From Caecitellus pseudoparvulus (Eukaryota; Protista; Bigyra: Bicosoecida), in assembly GCA_965644315.1 (NCBI GenBank), contig CBFFRQ010000009.1, positions 1-32,598 of the forward strand: DNA of 32,598 bases. Reading direction: 5' to 3'. The translations under genes were made by a program, and so were the position numbers. Each line of letters starts with the position of its first letter. Within the stretch, counting starts at the first letter, position 1. Shown here piece by piece: positions 9,311 to 20,868 of this stretch. The notes below the pieces were generated by a model. That model saw only the letters and a list, made by a program, of their open reading frames with translations, was not told where the DNA came from and ran no database searches.

Positions 9311-11923
9311 TCAGTGCCAGGAGCCGCCCAGCTCGGTCGCGAGGAAGGCGTACTGGTCGGCAACTTCATCCAAGACCTTTGCCGTTGGCTTGCCTGCTCC
9401 GTGGCCTGCTTTCTGTTCGATGCGAATGAGCAGCGGGTGCTGTTGGTGAGGAGATGCTCCTGCGACGGCCTGCAGCGTGGCTGCCATCTTGAAGGCGTGG
9501 GGACCAGGCACCACCCGATCATCGTGATCCGCGGTGCAGATCAGCACTGCAGGCAAGGCCTCTGCGGGGCTCTGGGGTGCCTTTACGTTGTGCAAGGGGG
9601 AGTAGGTCAGCAGGTAGTCCAGCCACTCTTTGCTCTCATCAGCGCAGCCATAGTCGGTGATCCAAGCGTGGCCGATGGTGAACTTGTGGAAGCGCAGCAT
9701 GTCCGCGACAGGTACCTGGGAAATGGCTGCACGGTAGAGGTGGGGGAACTGTAGTGCACTCACCAGGGTCAGCAAGCCACCGTTGGAGCCGCCCTGAATG
9801 CCCAGCTGCGCGGGGGTTGTCACGCCAGAGTCAACGAGAGCCTGGCCGACAGCAGCAAAGTCGTCGAAGCAGTGCTGTTTGTTGCGCAGGCTGCCACCCT
9901 TGTGCCACTCCTCTCCGTATTCCCCTCCGCCCCGAATGTTGGCCAGCACCCACGCACCTCCCAGCTCCTTCAGCCAAACCAGTCGCGGGGCAGAGAACCA
10001 GGGCGTCAGGGAGATGTTGAAGCCGCCATAGCCGTACATGAGGGTGGGAACAGGCCCAGAGCTGGCAGAGGCTGCGGTGCGCACGACGGTGTACGGCACT
10101 TTGACGCCGCCAGTGGACTCGACGAAGAACTGCTCGGCAGTGAAGTCTGCAGGGTCAAACCCGGGCACAGTCGTGTGGGCCCATGCCTGAACATTGTCGC
10201 TTGCCACACTCAGAGGTGGCAGCTCCCCGACGTACGCTGGAACTTGGCCAGCAGTGAAGCCCTCGCCAGAGTACGGCAGCTCGGGGCTCCATGCAGTGGA
10301 AGGGGGTGGCAGAGTCACCTTGAATACGGACCCTGGGTACAAGTACGAGACGTACTTGATGTGCACCTCCGCTTGGCGCCGCTTGCCAGACAAGCCCACA
10401 GAGCCTGGGCCTGGCAACGGCACCTCTGCCACTTGATCTGGCTGGTACAGCGTTCGCACGAGCAGGCGGTCAGCCGCGTGGCGCGAGACAACTGTGAAGA
10501 GGTATGCGCTGTTCAAGACGGACGCGGAGTCCAGCACGCCGCCTTCTTCGTCCTCCGGCACCCAGTCCTGCACCCGCCAGTCACCAGGGCCGTCGCCCAC
10601 TTTGCCGCTCACCGCCGCCTCCGCCTCGGGGCCTTCGGGCAAGGTTGCACAGACTACTTTGTAGCGGGGGGCATTCAAGTTGGTCCTGAACCAGAACCTG
10701 TTGCCATCATTCGCAATGTCGCTGAACTCCGCCTCGAAGTTGTCCACCAACTTCACGAAGGGGAGAGGCGCTTCCGCACCCCCCAGCCATGCCTCCCAGG
10801 CATCAGCATGCACCTTGGTGTCCAAGTAGTACAGCTTGTTGACTGGGTCGCAGCCATTGCTGACGTACAGCAGCACATACCTGCCATCAGAAGTCACGCT
10901 GCTGCCCAGGGTGTTGTCTGGGTTCTCCTCGTACCGAAACACCAGTCGGTCCTCCTCATCAGAGGCGCCCAGGCGGTGGAAGAACACCATGTGGCCCTTC
11001 ACAGATGCCGTTTCTGTTCCCGCGGACGCCGCAGCTTCGCCCTCCTCGGCGCCAGACTCTGTCGCTGCGCCAGGCGTGCCAGCTGCCTCCACATTGGGAG
11101 GCGCCACTCCCTGAGGGGCAGCGTAGCGCTGAAAGAAGAACCCGGAGGAGTCAGCCAACCACGAGATGCCGCTGAACTTCACCCACCGCACGCGGTCTGG
11201 CAAGTCCTCCCCACTGGCAGTGTCACGGACCTTGATCGTGGACCAGTCGCTGCCACTCACTGACAGGGCGTACGCAAAGAAGCGGCCATCCGGGCTGAAC
11301 GCGCTCGCTCGCAAGGCGACGTTCCCTTGCGGGAACTCCTCGTTCAGGTCCAGGAACACCTTTGCCTTGCTGACGTCCGGGTCTGATGTGGCACAACGCA
11401 AGGTGTGAACGTCTTCCTGCCGTTGGAGTTAGACCACGCGCTGGGCACTCACCGACTCCATCCAGCTGATACAGCACATACTGGTTCTGCAAGCCGGTGT
11501 TGTGGTACACGTACCACGTGTCCCCGTGCTTGCGAGGGCAACCAATCTTCGCGTAATTGAACACCTGCAGGCAGCGAAGTTCTGTGCCAGCATGCCTGTC
11601 AGCCCGCGAAGCGGCGCAAAGACCCACCTCGTCCAAACGGGCACGAGTCTTGCTGCGGATACTGTCAGCCTTTGAGAGGTACCCGTCCCACAGCTTCACC
11701 TGCACGATGTGAGGTTGCAACGGCCATGGTAAGGCCCAGTCAGCAGCTCCGCGCCACCACGCCAACGCCAACGCACCTGGGAAGCAACCCACTCCTTTGT
11801 CTCTGGCGTGTCTTCTTCAAGGCCTCGAAAAGGGTCGGGAATATCCACACCGTGAAGTGTATCCACCGTGTCTCCCGCCTTGGCAACGGGGTATGCGAGG
11901 GTGGAATCGGCTGCACTGGCCAT
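9311..11923 (-). CDS. PREP: Prolyl oligopeptidase, family S9A (exons 11923-11777, 11699-11628, 11564-11453, 11382-9311)
   Basis: N-terminal DPFRGLE, YGYGGF, NIRGGGEYG, catalytic GGSNGG, DHDDRV and AGHGAG; the GT-AG introns keep the frame. Confidence 0.96.
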
Positions 11924-12155
11924 GCTGGTGCTTGAGCGCGTCAGACTACTTCGTCTCTGGATTGCAGCTTCGCGGTTGCAAAGCAAAAGGGACAGGTACT
12001 AGCTGGAGGGGTTACTGAGGAGCTGTGTTTTGTGTCCCCTTGGTCTCCAGTCAATTGCAGTGCGAGGACTGCATTGCAGGTTGACAACCCCTGTGCATAC
12101 TGCTGTGAACTCTCCTCTGAACGGGACAACCTGACAACTCCAGCCATTAACTCCC

Positions 12156-15032
12156 TCAGTCCGCCTTCTTCGCGCTAAGGACTGGCTTTGGGGCATTTGC
12201 AAAGATGGCCGCCGCCTGACCCTGGGCGTGCTCAGCCGGCTTCCCTCCAACGGCTGGCTGGCTAGCGGCCATGTCAGTGCTTGGGAACTGCATGTCATCA
12301 TCTCCCCACCCTCCCTGCGGCCCATCCCAACCAGCATCGTCGAACTGAGACCAGGCAGAGCTGGGAAAGCCTTCCTGTTCTGAGGGCAGTCGCGGGTCTG
12401 TGGGAACGCTGTCGAAAAAGCTTGCAGCCGAAAGTTTGCCCTGAGTGTCAACGCCAGCCCGTGCCCCGCTGCCCCACAAATCCCCTGCACTCGGCATAGC
12501 CTGAGAGGCAGGTTGGCTGAATGTCTCCCTAACTGTTTCAGGCGACGAGCCATCAGCGGGCGGGCTTGCCGAGGCGGCGGAAGTGGATCCGCCCAGCCCA
12601 CCCGCGAGCGCCGCCGGCTTGGTCTCTACCGACCCCGTGCCTATCCTTCTCGTCTCAGTGGAAAAGTCGGCCCTGGAAGTGGCACTTGCTGGCACTGGAC
12701 TTCCTCCCTCGAGTCGAGCCAGCTCCTGCGCAACTGGTTCGGAGTCATCAGCCATGTGGCTCGAAGGGACAGCGCTATCGGCGCCTTCTACATCCCAACC
12801 ACCCACGCCCTCATCTGCCCCAGCAGCGCTCTCCCAACCTTCCACGCCCTCCTCAGTCCCAACACCACTATCACCACCTGCCGCACCCTCCTCTGCCACA
12901 TCTCCACTATCACCACCTTCCACGCCCTCCTCAGCCCCATCCCCAGCATCCCCACCTTCCGCACCCTCCTTAGCCCCATCCCCAGCCTCCCCACCTTCCG
13001 CACCCTCCTCTGCCACATCTCCACTATCACCACCTTCCACGCCCTTCTTAGCCCCATCCCCAGCCTCCCCACCTCCAGCGCCCTCCTCAGTCCCAACACC
13101 ACTATCACCACCTTCCACGCCCTCCTTTGCCCCATCCCCAGCATCCCCACCTTCCGCACCCTCCTCTGCCACATCCCCACCCTCCCCGCCTTCCACACCC
13201 TCTCCAGCCCCATCAGCACCCTCCCCACCTTCCACATCCTCTCCAGCCCCATCAGCACTCTCCCCACCTTCCACATCCTCTCCAGCCCCATCACCACTCT
13301 CCCCACCTTCCACGCCCTCCTCAGTCCCATCTCCACTCTCCCCATCTTCTACACTCTCATGTGCCCCATCGCGCCCTCCCTCATCAGCAGCACCGCCCCC
13401 ACCGTAAGCCTCAACTTCGGGGGTTACTCTACCTTGTTCACGCAGCGCCCTCTCCTTCCTCACCAGCCCCTGCACTTTGCGACGTGGCGGTGGACTGGGG
13501 CTGCCTGTGTCCACCACATCAACTTCTAGCTCGCTGCCCGGGCTGCCTGCAGACACCGCATCCCTCTTCGCTTTGAAGTCTGTCTTTGCGAGCTTCTTCG
13601 TGATGGGGGGCAGAAGCTCTGCCCATGTTAGCTGTGGGAGGAGTGGCGTAAAGAGTGGCGGGGCGTTGTCTGGGGTCAACGGAGGTGCAAGCTCGCCGGC
13701 TTCCCCTGCCACCACCATCGCGCCAGCACGCATGGCGCTCCACTCGCAGAACCCTGTCCCCTGTCGCTGCGGACAGCTGTCCCGCACACTGCTGCAGTCT
13801 GCCAAACAAGTGCCAGAGTTTGCCGCTCGCATGTGCAGTTGCCGCCATGCACGAACCAAAGTCCGCGCACACTTGCGCTGTGTCATGGGGCATGACCCCG
13901 GGACAGGGCCAAAACTCGCCGCGACAGCCATGCCTTGGGGTGCAGTGGCCTTGATGGTTTCGAAGCGCACCTCGCTCTTGTGGCGGGACTGCACGATGAG
14001 GGGCAGACACCTCGTGTACACCTTGGGCGCTGCGCGTTCGGAAGCCGGCTTGGTCCACGAGCTGTCAGCGTCAACGGCAAGGATGACGACATGTGACTCG
14101 ACACGATTGATGCTGGGCTGCTTCAGAGGGCTGGCTTCCCTGGAGCTTCGCCTGCGCCAGGGTGGGAGGGGGCTAGCTGCCGCTGCGGCTCTGCTTTTCA
14201 CGCCGTGAAAATGCTGCAGGGGGCTAGCAAATGGTAGGGGCGAGGAGGCATGTGCTGCATCACCGATTGCCGTAGCAGCATTGCGTGGGGGCGTGCAGGG
14301 TATGCCTGACTGCGTTGAGTGCAGCACGACCTCGCTCGCCTGGCTCAGCAACAGCACTGTGTCCAGCTGCGCCTTGACCTTCGCCTCGCTCGCACCGGAC
14401 GGCACCTTGGTCTTTGCGTACATGAGCGGCGAGGTGCCTCGCGCATCTACGGCGGAAGGATTTGCGCCCAGTTCGTGCAGGAGACACCTCACCACCTCTG
14501 CGGCGTGTGCATGTGCTGCAAAGTGCAGTGCTGTGCGCCCCAGCAAGTCCACGCTGTCAACTGGGATGGCACCGTCCTGCACCAGGAGGCGCAGCAGTCT
14601 GCACCGCATCTCCTCCGGTCCCTTGCCTGCTGCTGCTGCGTGGAGCAGGCCGCGTCCCGGGACCGACGCTGAGGAGAGGCGCACAGACTCGGGGTTCATC
14701 GGCGCGTGGACGCCTTTGACTGTGCCTGTGGTGATCCAGTCCTGCACTGCTTGGAAGTGGCTCTCGTTCAAGTTCTTGAGCTCAACGAAGTTGAACAGGA
14801 ACTTTGTCGCCTTCACTTCGTCGGCGCTCATGCCTTGCTCCAGCAGCCGCTGGCGGATGGTTTGCTGCTCGGAAGCCACTGCATCCACGACTGCCTGCTG
14901 GCTGGCCTTGGCATCGTTGAGTTCCGCGCTCAGCTGCTGCACCAGTTGTGACAGCTGCGTCACCTGCTCGGACAGTGCTTTGTTGTGCAAGGCCAGCTTC
15001 TGCAGCACGCCAGGGACTTCGGCGGGGTCCAT
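12156..15032 (-). CDS. Ankyrin-repeat protein with N-terminal coiled coil and a Gly/Glu/Asp-rich repeat region
   Basis: Ankyrin motifs LLHAAA, GRTALHFAA and GTSPLMYA in a 958-aa ORF; in-frame introns are possible. Confidence 0.8.
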   Translation of the reverse strand: MDPAEVPGVLQKLALHNKALSEQVTQLSQLVQQLSAELNDAKASQQAVVDAVASEQQTIRQRLLEQGMSADEVKATKFLFNFVELKNLNESHFQAVQDWITTGTVKGVHAPMNPESVRLSSASVPGRGLLHAAAAGKGPEEMRCRLLRLLVQDGAIPVDSVDLLGRTALHFAAHAHAAEVVRCLLHELGANPSAVDARGTSPLMYAKTKVPSGASEAKVKAQLDTVLLLSQASEVVLHSTQSGIPCTPPRNAATAIGDAAHASSPLPFASPLQHFHGVKSRAAAAASPLPPWRRRSSREASPLKQPSINRVESHVVILAVDADSSWTKPASERAAPKVYTRCLPLIVQSRHKSEVRFETIKATAPQGMAVAASFGPVPGSCPMTQRKCARTLVRAWRQLHMRAANSGTCLADCSSVRDSCPQRQGTGFCEWSAMRAGAMVVAGEAGELAPPLTPDNAPPLFTPLLPQLTWAELLPPITKKLAKTDFKAKRDAVSAGSPGSELEVDVVDTGSPSPPPRRKVQGLVRKERALREQGRVTPEVEAYGGGGAADEGGRDGAHESVEDGESGDGTEEGVEGGESGDGAGEDVEGGESADGAGEDVEGGEGADGAGEGVEGGEGGDVAEEGAEGGDAGDGAKEGVEGGDSGVGTEEGAGGGEAGDGAKKGVEGGDSGDVAEEGAEGGEAGDGAKEGAEGGDAGDGAEEGVEGGDSGDVAEEGAAGGDSGVGTEEGVEGWESAAGADEGVGGWDVEGADSAVPSSHMADDSEPVAQELARLEGGSPVPASATSRADFSTETRRIGTGSVETKPAALAGGLGGSTSAASASPPADGSSPETVRETFSQPASQAMPSAGDLWGSGARAGVDTQGKLSAASFFDSVPTDPRLPSEQEGFPSSAWSQFDDAGWDGPQGGWGDDDMQFPSTDMAASQPAVGGKPAEHAQGQAAAIFANAPKPVLSAKKAD
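12800..13360 (-). repeat. Coding 39-bp (13-aa) degenerate tandem repeat, EGGEXGDGAXEGV-like, about 14 units
   Basis: Visible in the translation and as recurrent ccaccttccacgccctcctcag units. Confidence 0.9.
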
Positions 15033-15383
15033 GCTGCGGAAAACGCTTGCTCAGGCACGTGGACAAGGGACGTGCCAGACTGCACTATGCAGCGCGGAGC
15101 GAGGCAGGTGCCCGCACAGACAAACTCAACTACAAAAGTATTCGGATGTGCTGGTTCATACTTTCTGTGAATCACCGCAACGCTGGCTTTGCGAGCGACT
15201 GGCAGCTGGTGCTGGGTCGGCAAATGGTCAGCGCACGTGCCTTTTTCTCTCCCCTGCCTGCTCCAAACTGCGCCCTGCGCGGCAAAAAGAGCACCATCAC
15301 AACGCCAGACACTGTTTCGGGTTGGAGTGTGCATTGAGACATGACAAGACGGCTTGCAAGGCCTGGCGTAGCAAGCACCCGGC

Positions 15384-16366
15384 TCACAAGTCATCGTCGT
15401 CGTCGCCGCCCACCGGAGCAGCCATGGTGCGAGCCTGCGCCATCTCGGCCTCCAGGGCAGCCTTGGTCTCGGCAGACATGAAGGCGCTGGGATCCGGAGG
15501 AGCCACGGCCATGGCGGCGGTGAAGTTCACCGTCTGGTCGTTGAACATGTTGCGGGTGAGGCAGAGGAAGGGCTTGTCGAAGTTGTAGTTGCTCTTGGCG
15601 GAAATCTCGAAGTAGGGCATGTTCTTCTTGCGGTGGAAGAAGACTTGCTTGGCCTTGACCTTGCGGTCCTTGGCGTCCACCTTGTTGCCCACCAGCACCA
15701 TGGGGATGTCCTCGCACACGCGGTGCAAGTCGCGGTACCAGTTCGGCACGCTGTTGTGTGTGGTGCGGCTCGTCACGTCGAACATGATGATGGCGCAGTC
15801 AGTGTTGATGCTGCGCGGGGGGTTGGGGCGAGAAGGGTGCAGCACGGTGGTCAGAGTTTGAAGCGCGGCACACCAGCGAAACGCCAGCGTCGCGCACACC
15901 AGCGGCAAGCAGCACCAAGACGCCGCACGGCAGCCCAAGCACCGGCCACACACTGCAGTGAGCACAGACCCTGCCTCTGCACGCCAAGAGAGCAGCTTGC
16001 CGCGACCGTCTGCGCGGCGGCACGCGGGTGTTCCTGCCACGCGGTTTTGCGGCACTTACAAGTACCCGTCCTTCAGGACAGTCAGCTTTTCCTGGCCGGC
16101 AGTGTCCCAGACATTGTACCGGACCTGGCCCTTGGTGGTGTTCAGGTCCAACACGTGCACTTCAGCACCCACAGTGGCGACGTATTTCTTCTCGAACTCC
16201 CCCGTCTCGAAGCGCTTGATGTACGTGGTCTTGCCAACGCCACCATCCCCCACCAGGACCATCTTGAATTGGTGCTCGGGAACCCCGGCAGCCTGCACGA
16301 GAGAGGAGGTGCACAGTTGTTTGGCCTTGTCGTGCCAGCACTCTTGCCGAGGCTGCGACTCACCAT
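15384..16366 (-). CDS. RAN: Ran GTPase, ~220 aa (exons 16366-16364 [ATG only], 16292-16060, 15810-15384)
   Basis: [40 protein letters not shown] and acidic tail DDDDDL. The start exon is inferred from ATG|GTGAGT; an alternative start is 16502. Confidence 0.93.
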
Positions 16367-16667
16367 GTTGCCTTCCGTTGCTTGAATCGGTGCACGCCTG
16401 CGCGCCCGTTGGAGAGGGAGGCGGAAGTGCACACGCTGCGCAGCAGGGCCAGCGTCGGACTGCTCCAGTACTCACCTGTGGTACATCCACGATGTCAAAC
16501 ATGCAGTGCATTCTCGTGGTGCTTTCAATGTGACGCCTGTGTGATACTGCCCGGATCCACAGGCACGCGCAAGTGCTGGTCAAATTCCGCATGCGCCATG
16601 CCAAGGCACAAACGCCTGCAGGCCTCCGAAGAGAGCAACGTACGATAAGTGGGTGCGAAGGGGCCCT

Positions 16668-17824
16668 TCAACGCCCAGATGCGGTGCCTTCTGCCGCGGC
16701 AGCAGCTTCCAGAGCTGCGTCGGCCTCTGCAGTGGCCTGCAGGACAGCTTTCGCCTTGACGCTCTGGAACTCCTCCCTGAGAGAGTAGCAGCCACGGTAC
16801 TTGCCAGAGGTGTGGTACGTGCCGTGCTGGGCCATGGTCTCTTTTACAGTCTTTTCGTTCATGCCAACGGGCAAGAACTCCATCGCCACCGCCACCCGCC
16901 AATACGCCTGCACCTCAAACAGGTCCAGCACAGCAGCGGACTCCCTCCGTGCCGCCAGCTCCTCAGAGTTTACGCCAGGGGCCAGGGAGTGCATGTGGGC
17001 AGCGTTCACACGCTGTGCTGCAGAAGACATGGCTCCAATGGGCTGGGACAGCACGGCCTCGTCCACTGCTCGCCGGTCCTTGGCCAAAAGTTGCCGCGTG
17101 CGGTGCTTGGTCTGCTCCTGGCTGCTGGCCTGAGTCCGCCGGCGCTTCAAATACTGGGAGTACCTCGGGTCCTTGGCATCGGGGATGAGTGTGGCGTTCT
17201 CAGTGGCCAGGCCAATCGCTAGCGCTGCGCAGCAGACCGCAGGCGCCGTGCACTGCGACAGAGAGGGCACCTGGCAACACGGCAGCACGCACCAGACGTG
17301 TCTGTGAGCTCCAGCACACGGTGCCCTTGCGGGGGCATGTAAGACACAGAGTATCGCAAGGGCGTGAAGGCTTTCGCATCCTCTGCAACACAAGCTTCGT
17401 GCAGCACGATGTTGCCCTGCGGTGGGGGTGCGGCTGGCAGTCTGCTGGGTGTTGGGTAGCGCGTGCAGTTTCCGCAGCTCACCCTCTTGCGCCCCCCGAC
17501 AGTCGTCACTTCCAGCGAGCCAAGGCTAATTTCTGTGACCCGCATGTGTGGCACTTGCTTGCAGTTGTTCCAGTGAATGCCCCCGCACGCTCACACACGC
17601 ACCTTGCTCCGTCGGCTGGGTAAGGAGATCTCGCAGCACCTCCTGTGGCGTGCAGACAGCGCTCCTGGCAAGTGCAGGCTTGCACGTGGCCTGGCCAGGC
17701 ACACAGCTCGGCTGCTCACGGGGACTTTGAACAGGACCACCGGCTGATCAGCCTTCGAGGCGTCCAAGGGCATGATGGAGCTGGCTTTGCCGGCTGCCTC
17801 GCCGTCCTCTGCGCCAGATGCCAT
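16668..17824 (-). CDS. GTF2F2: Transcription initiation factor IIF beta subunit (RAP30/Tfg2-like); exons 17824-17720, 17642-17603, 17532-17483, 17416-17293, 17224-16668
   Basis: Spliced N-terminus LDASKADQPVVLFKVPEVL resembles RAP30 VWLVKVP; the C-terminal winged-helix-like VLDLFEVQAYW...GKYRGCYSLREEF also fits; all four introns restore the frame. Confidence 0.75.
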
Positions 17825-17994
17825 GGCTGCTTCAGCCCTTCACACGCGGCAGGATCACGACACACACAGGGAAAGGAAGGCGCTTGGGGGCCGAACAATG
17901 TGAAGGCCTATCGGTCCAACTCACGTTCCTTCCCGGGCACATGGTTTGTGGCGCTGCCCCTCAGCTGCACGCAAGGCGGTGCCCCCTTGTGTGC

Positions 17995-18109
17995 GCCCGA
18001 CTTCCACCGCGGGGGGCAAGGCGGCACCCATTATACAAGCCCGACTTACACCGCGGGGGGCAAGGCGGCACCCATTATACAAGCCCGACTTACACCGCGG
18101 GGGGCAAGG
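17995..18109. repeat. 44-bp tandem repeat, ~2.6 copies
   Basis: gcccgacttacaccgcggggggcaaggcggcacccattatacaa starts at 17995, 18039 and 18083. Confidence 0.95.
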
Positions 18110-20495
18110 TGCCTGGCGGGCGCACGCCCTGAGAGAATATCGACTGCATGTCTGCACTGGTGGACACTGACATGCTGGCGCGCGCGTGCAGGTCAGGGGG
18201 CAGAGGGCGGCGGGAGAAGTGGCGGCGAAGCGGCGCCGCACCTCCGCCTGGCGCTGGCGCCACGAGGTGGCCCAGGCCCAGCTGTGGTGGGAGCGCAACA
18301 GTCCCTGTCCTGGGCCACGGAGAGTCGTGCTGGGCGTGGGCCGCGACAGGGGTGGCGTGGGGCTCCAGGTCGGCGTGCCCAGTCTCCTCGTCGCTGTCGA
18401 TGGCCACCGCGCCGCCGTCCAGCAGCTGCAGGCACTGCGAGTCCTCACTCCAGGTGCTGCCGGTCTCCCAGTCATCCCCCGAGGGCGACTTCGCGTGGGC
18501 GGCGCCGCCTCCTGGAGACAGGAAGCCAGCCCCTTCCCTGGACCTCAACCAGGCTGCCGCGGCCGGCGTGTCTCGTCCACGGCTGCTCATGAGCAGGGAC
18601 AGGGCACCCGCTCCCCAACTCGTGTAATGGGCTGCCGCCATTGCAGACAGCGCTTGGTCGTGGCGAGATGGAGGCGCCGCGTCTTGGTGTCGCTGGGCTG
18701 GGGTGGACTCCAGAAGGCTCGGGTGCAGCACGACAGCCGGCAGTATCGCCTCCAACACATCGGCCACGGGGTCCGCCACCTCCCCTGCCAACGGCCGACT
18801 CACCACGGCAGGCCCAACCTCGCCATAGTCACTGTCGTAGTCGACTGGCCCTGCCGACGCCGCATCCACAGTCGAGACTTCCTCGGCAAGTGGGGTGGCA
18901 GGGGGGCGTTCCACTGCAGGCGCGCGCTGTGCCCGCAGCCGCCGCAGCATCCACGACAGCAATACGTCTCCCACAGACACAGGCTCGGCGTCAGCCAGCG
19001 CCCACGCCGTGCCATGCAGTGCTGACACTCGCTGGTCAACTGCCATATGCCTTGAAGCAGCCAGCAAGGCAGCATGGCGGCCATGGGCACTCCGACTCAC
19101 GCTGGCAGCTTTGCGCCTGAAACGATGCCGCAGCGCAGACGCCAGGCGCCGAGACCACTTCAGACTGGTGCGCACGGCAGCTGCAGCACAGACACGGGTG
19201 GCGTCAAAGCCGGCAACTGTGTGATCCTCCTCCTGGGCGCAGGCGCCGGGGCTGCTGTGCGGCGGCGTGCTGGCGGCGCTTGCCACGGCGTGGCAGGTGA
19301 GCGGTACCCACGACCCCGTCAGCCGGCGCCTGTGACGGGCCAGCCTGCGCCATAGGTGCCACTCAAAGGCCCGCACGTCGAACATGAAAGGGCGGGGCGT
19401 CGCGTGGCAACCTTCACCCGGCAAGGCGCCAAAGTTGAAGGTGAGGGGGTGTGGGCTGTCCACTCCGACGGCCGGCCACAGCGGCGCCCGAACGTCCACC
19501 CCGGTGAAAGCGTATCCCACAAAGGCCCCGTTGAGGGTGTAGAAAATGCGGCCCGCTCGGAGGTGGGGGGCATCCACTCGGTGCTCGCTGGCTGGCACCG
19601 TGCTGGAGAAGTCCACGCCGCAGCCGACCGTGTCCCCAGCGCCAAAGGCAGGGCCGAAGCGCATGCCCACACCCGTGCGGTGGAAGCGCTTGCCGTCGTC
19701 AGAGTGCCAGCCATAGCTGGCTGCATCCCAACCAGGCATGCGCCCCAGCAGAGGGAAGCGAGCCGTGCTGAGGCCCACCGCAACGCATGAGCCCATGGCT
19801 GCCACGTCAGGCGGCATCCACGGCTCCTCTCCCTCCTCTCCTTGCCCTCTGCCCCCCACGTTGCCGATGGTGACTTCGAAGTAACTCGTCAGGCGCGGCA
19901 TCAGCATGCAAGAAACGTGGCCAGTGTCCACCGCCACAGGGGCCTGCCGAGTTGAGCAGGGCGTGGCTGCAGCTTGACTGCGGTGCACCGGCACGTGGGG
20001 GCTGGCCAGCTCTGCAGGCTGCACCACAGCCCCGATGTACGGTGCGCAGGCACAGAGAGCTGCCAAGCCAACCCTGGAAGCCTTGCGCTTCCCAGGCTGC
20101 AGCGCCACTCCGAAGCCTGGCAAGGCAAAGTCACTGGTGCACGCGCGGTCGCCTTCCCGGCCTGACGAGTGCACGACGGTCAACGACTCGCCTGTCGCAG
20201 ACGCCTCAGGGATGGACAGGCCAACAGAAGTCGCAAGAGCCTCGTTCACACTGGTTGGCCCCCGTTGGCAGGCGCTGTACACTGCTGGCCATGAGCCAGG
20301 CCTGCGTGCGCGGCAGTGACGTGGAAACGTGGGCGTCGGGCACGAGCCAGCCGAGACGCCGCAACGTACAGCAGTGCATCTGCCAGCATGGGACCCGCTT
20401 TCACCCGTCGCGACAGGCGAGAAGCTATGAATGGCTTCCACACTTCCCATGATGTGGCGCTGCTGCTCCACTCTCGACTCAGGCGCCTGCGCCAT
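18090..20495 (-). CDS. SPRY-domain protein (RanBP9/SPRYD3-like domain); 5' structure uncertain
   Basis: YFEVTI, VAVGLS, MPGWDAASYGWHSDDG, FGAGDTVGCGV, IFYTLNG, LWPAVG and FNFG. Confidence 0.82.
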   Translation of the reverse strand: MAQAPESRVEQQRHIMGSVEAIHSFSPVATGESGSHAGRCTAVRCGVSAGSCPTPTFPRHCRARRPGSWPAVYSACQRGPTSVNEALATSVGLSIPEASATGESLTVVHSSGREGDRACTSDFALPGFGVALQPGKRKASRVGLAALCACAPYIGAVVQPAELASPHVPVHRSQAAATPCSTRQAPVAVDTGHVSCMLMPRLTSYFEVTIGNVGGRGQGEEGEEPWMPPDVAAMGSCVAVGLSTARFPLLGRMPGWDAASYGWHSDDGKRFHRTGVGMRFGPAFGAGDTVGCGVDFSSTVPASEHRVDAPHLRAGRIFYTLNGAFVGYAFTGVDVRAPLWPAVGVDSPHPLTFNFGALPGEGCHATPRPFMFDVRAFEWHLWRRLARHRRRLTGSWVPLTCHAVASAASTPPHSSPGACAQEEDHTVAGFDATRVCAAAAVRTSLKWSRRLASALRHRFRRKAASVSRSAHGRHAALLAASRHMAVDQRVSALHGTAWALADAEPVSVGDVLLSWMLRRLRAQRAPAVERPPATPLAEEVSTVDAASAGPVDYDSDYGEVGPAVVSRPLAGEVADPVADVLEAILPAVVLHPSLLESTPAQRHQDAAPPSRHDQALSAMAAAHYTSWGAGALSLLMSSRGRDTPAAAAWLRSREGAGFLSPGGGAAHAKSPSGDDWETGSTWSEDSQCLQLLDGGAVAIDSDEETGHADLEPHATPVAAHAQHDSPWPRTGTVALPPQLGLGHLVAPAPGGGAAPLRRHFSRRPLPPDLHARASMSVSTSADMQSIFSQGVRPPGTLPPAV

Positions 20496-20868
20496 GTGCA
20501 CGGGGAATTGCAGAAGCAACCTGCGGAAATCAGTTCTCCATGTCCACTCACCTGCATCGCAGCACCTGCCTTGGCGAGCAAAAAGACAGCACTCGAATGC
20601 GAGTGGCATCTGCCGAACACCACTCTCTGTGTTTTCCGTCCATTTCCGTCCGCACACGTTGAGCTGCCTGCCTGCCCTGCGTGCTTGACCGACTTGCGTT
20701 GCTCACGATGTGGCTCTCGTGCAGCTGGGCCATTCTCTCAGCGCACACGACCATCGAGAGGCCCAAGTGCAAACTTCCAGACAAATCTCGACGAATCCCT
20801 TTTGAATTGAGAAACAGTGTGTTTTGCCCCTGCGGCCCAGTGCGGCAGCCACGCTGGCCAGGGCAGCT

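Noticed and set aside
9872-11263. Long antisense ORFs (also 14281-15588, 27438-28817, 12513-13529, 2923-3666)
   Set aside because: Shadow frames of GC-rich or repetitive coding sequence on the opposite strand.
17995-18109. CRISPR array
   Set aside because: Contiguous identical units without unique spacers, in a eukaryotic context with no cas genes.
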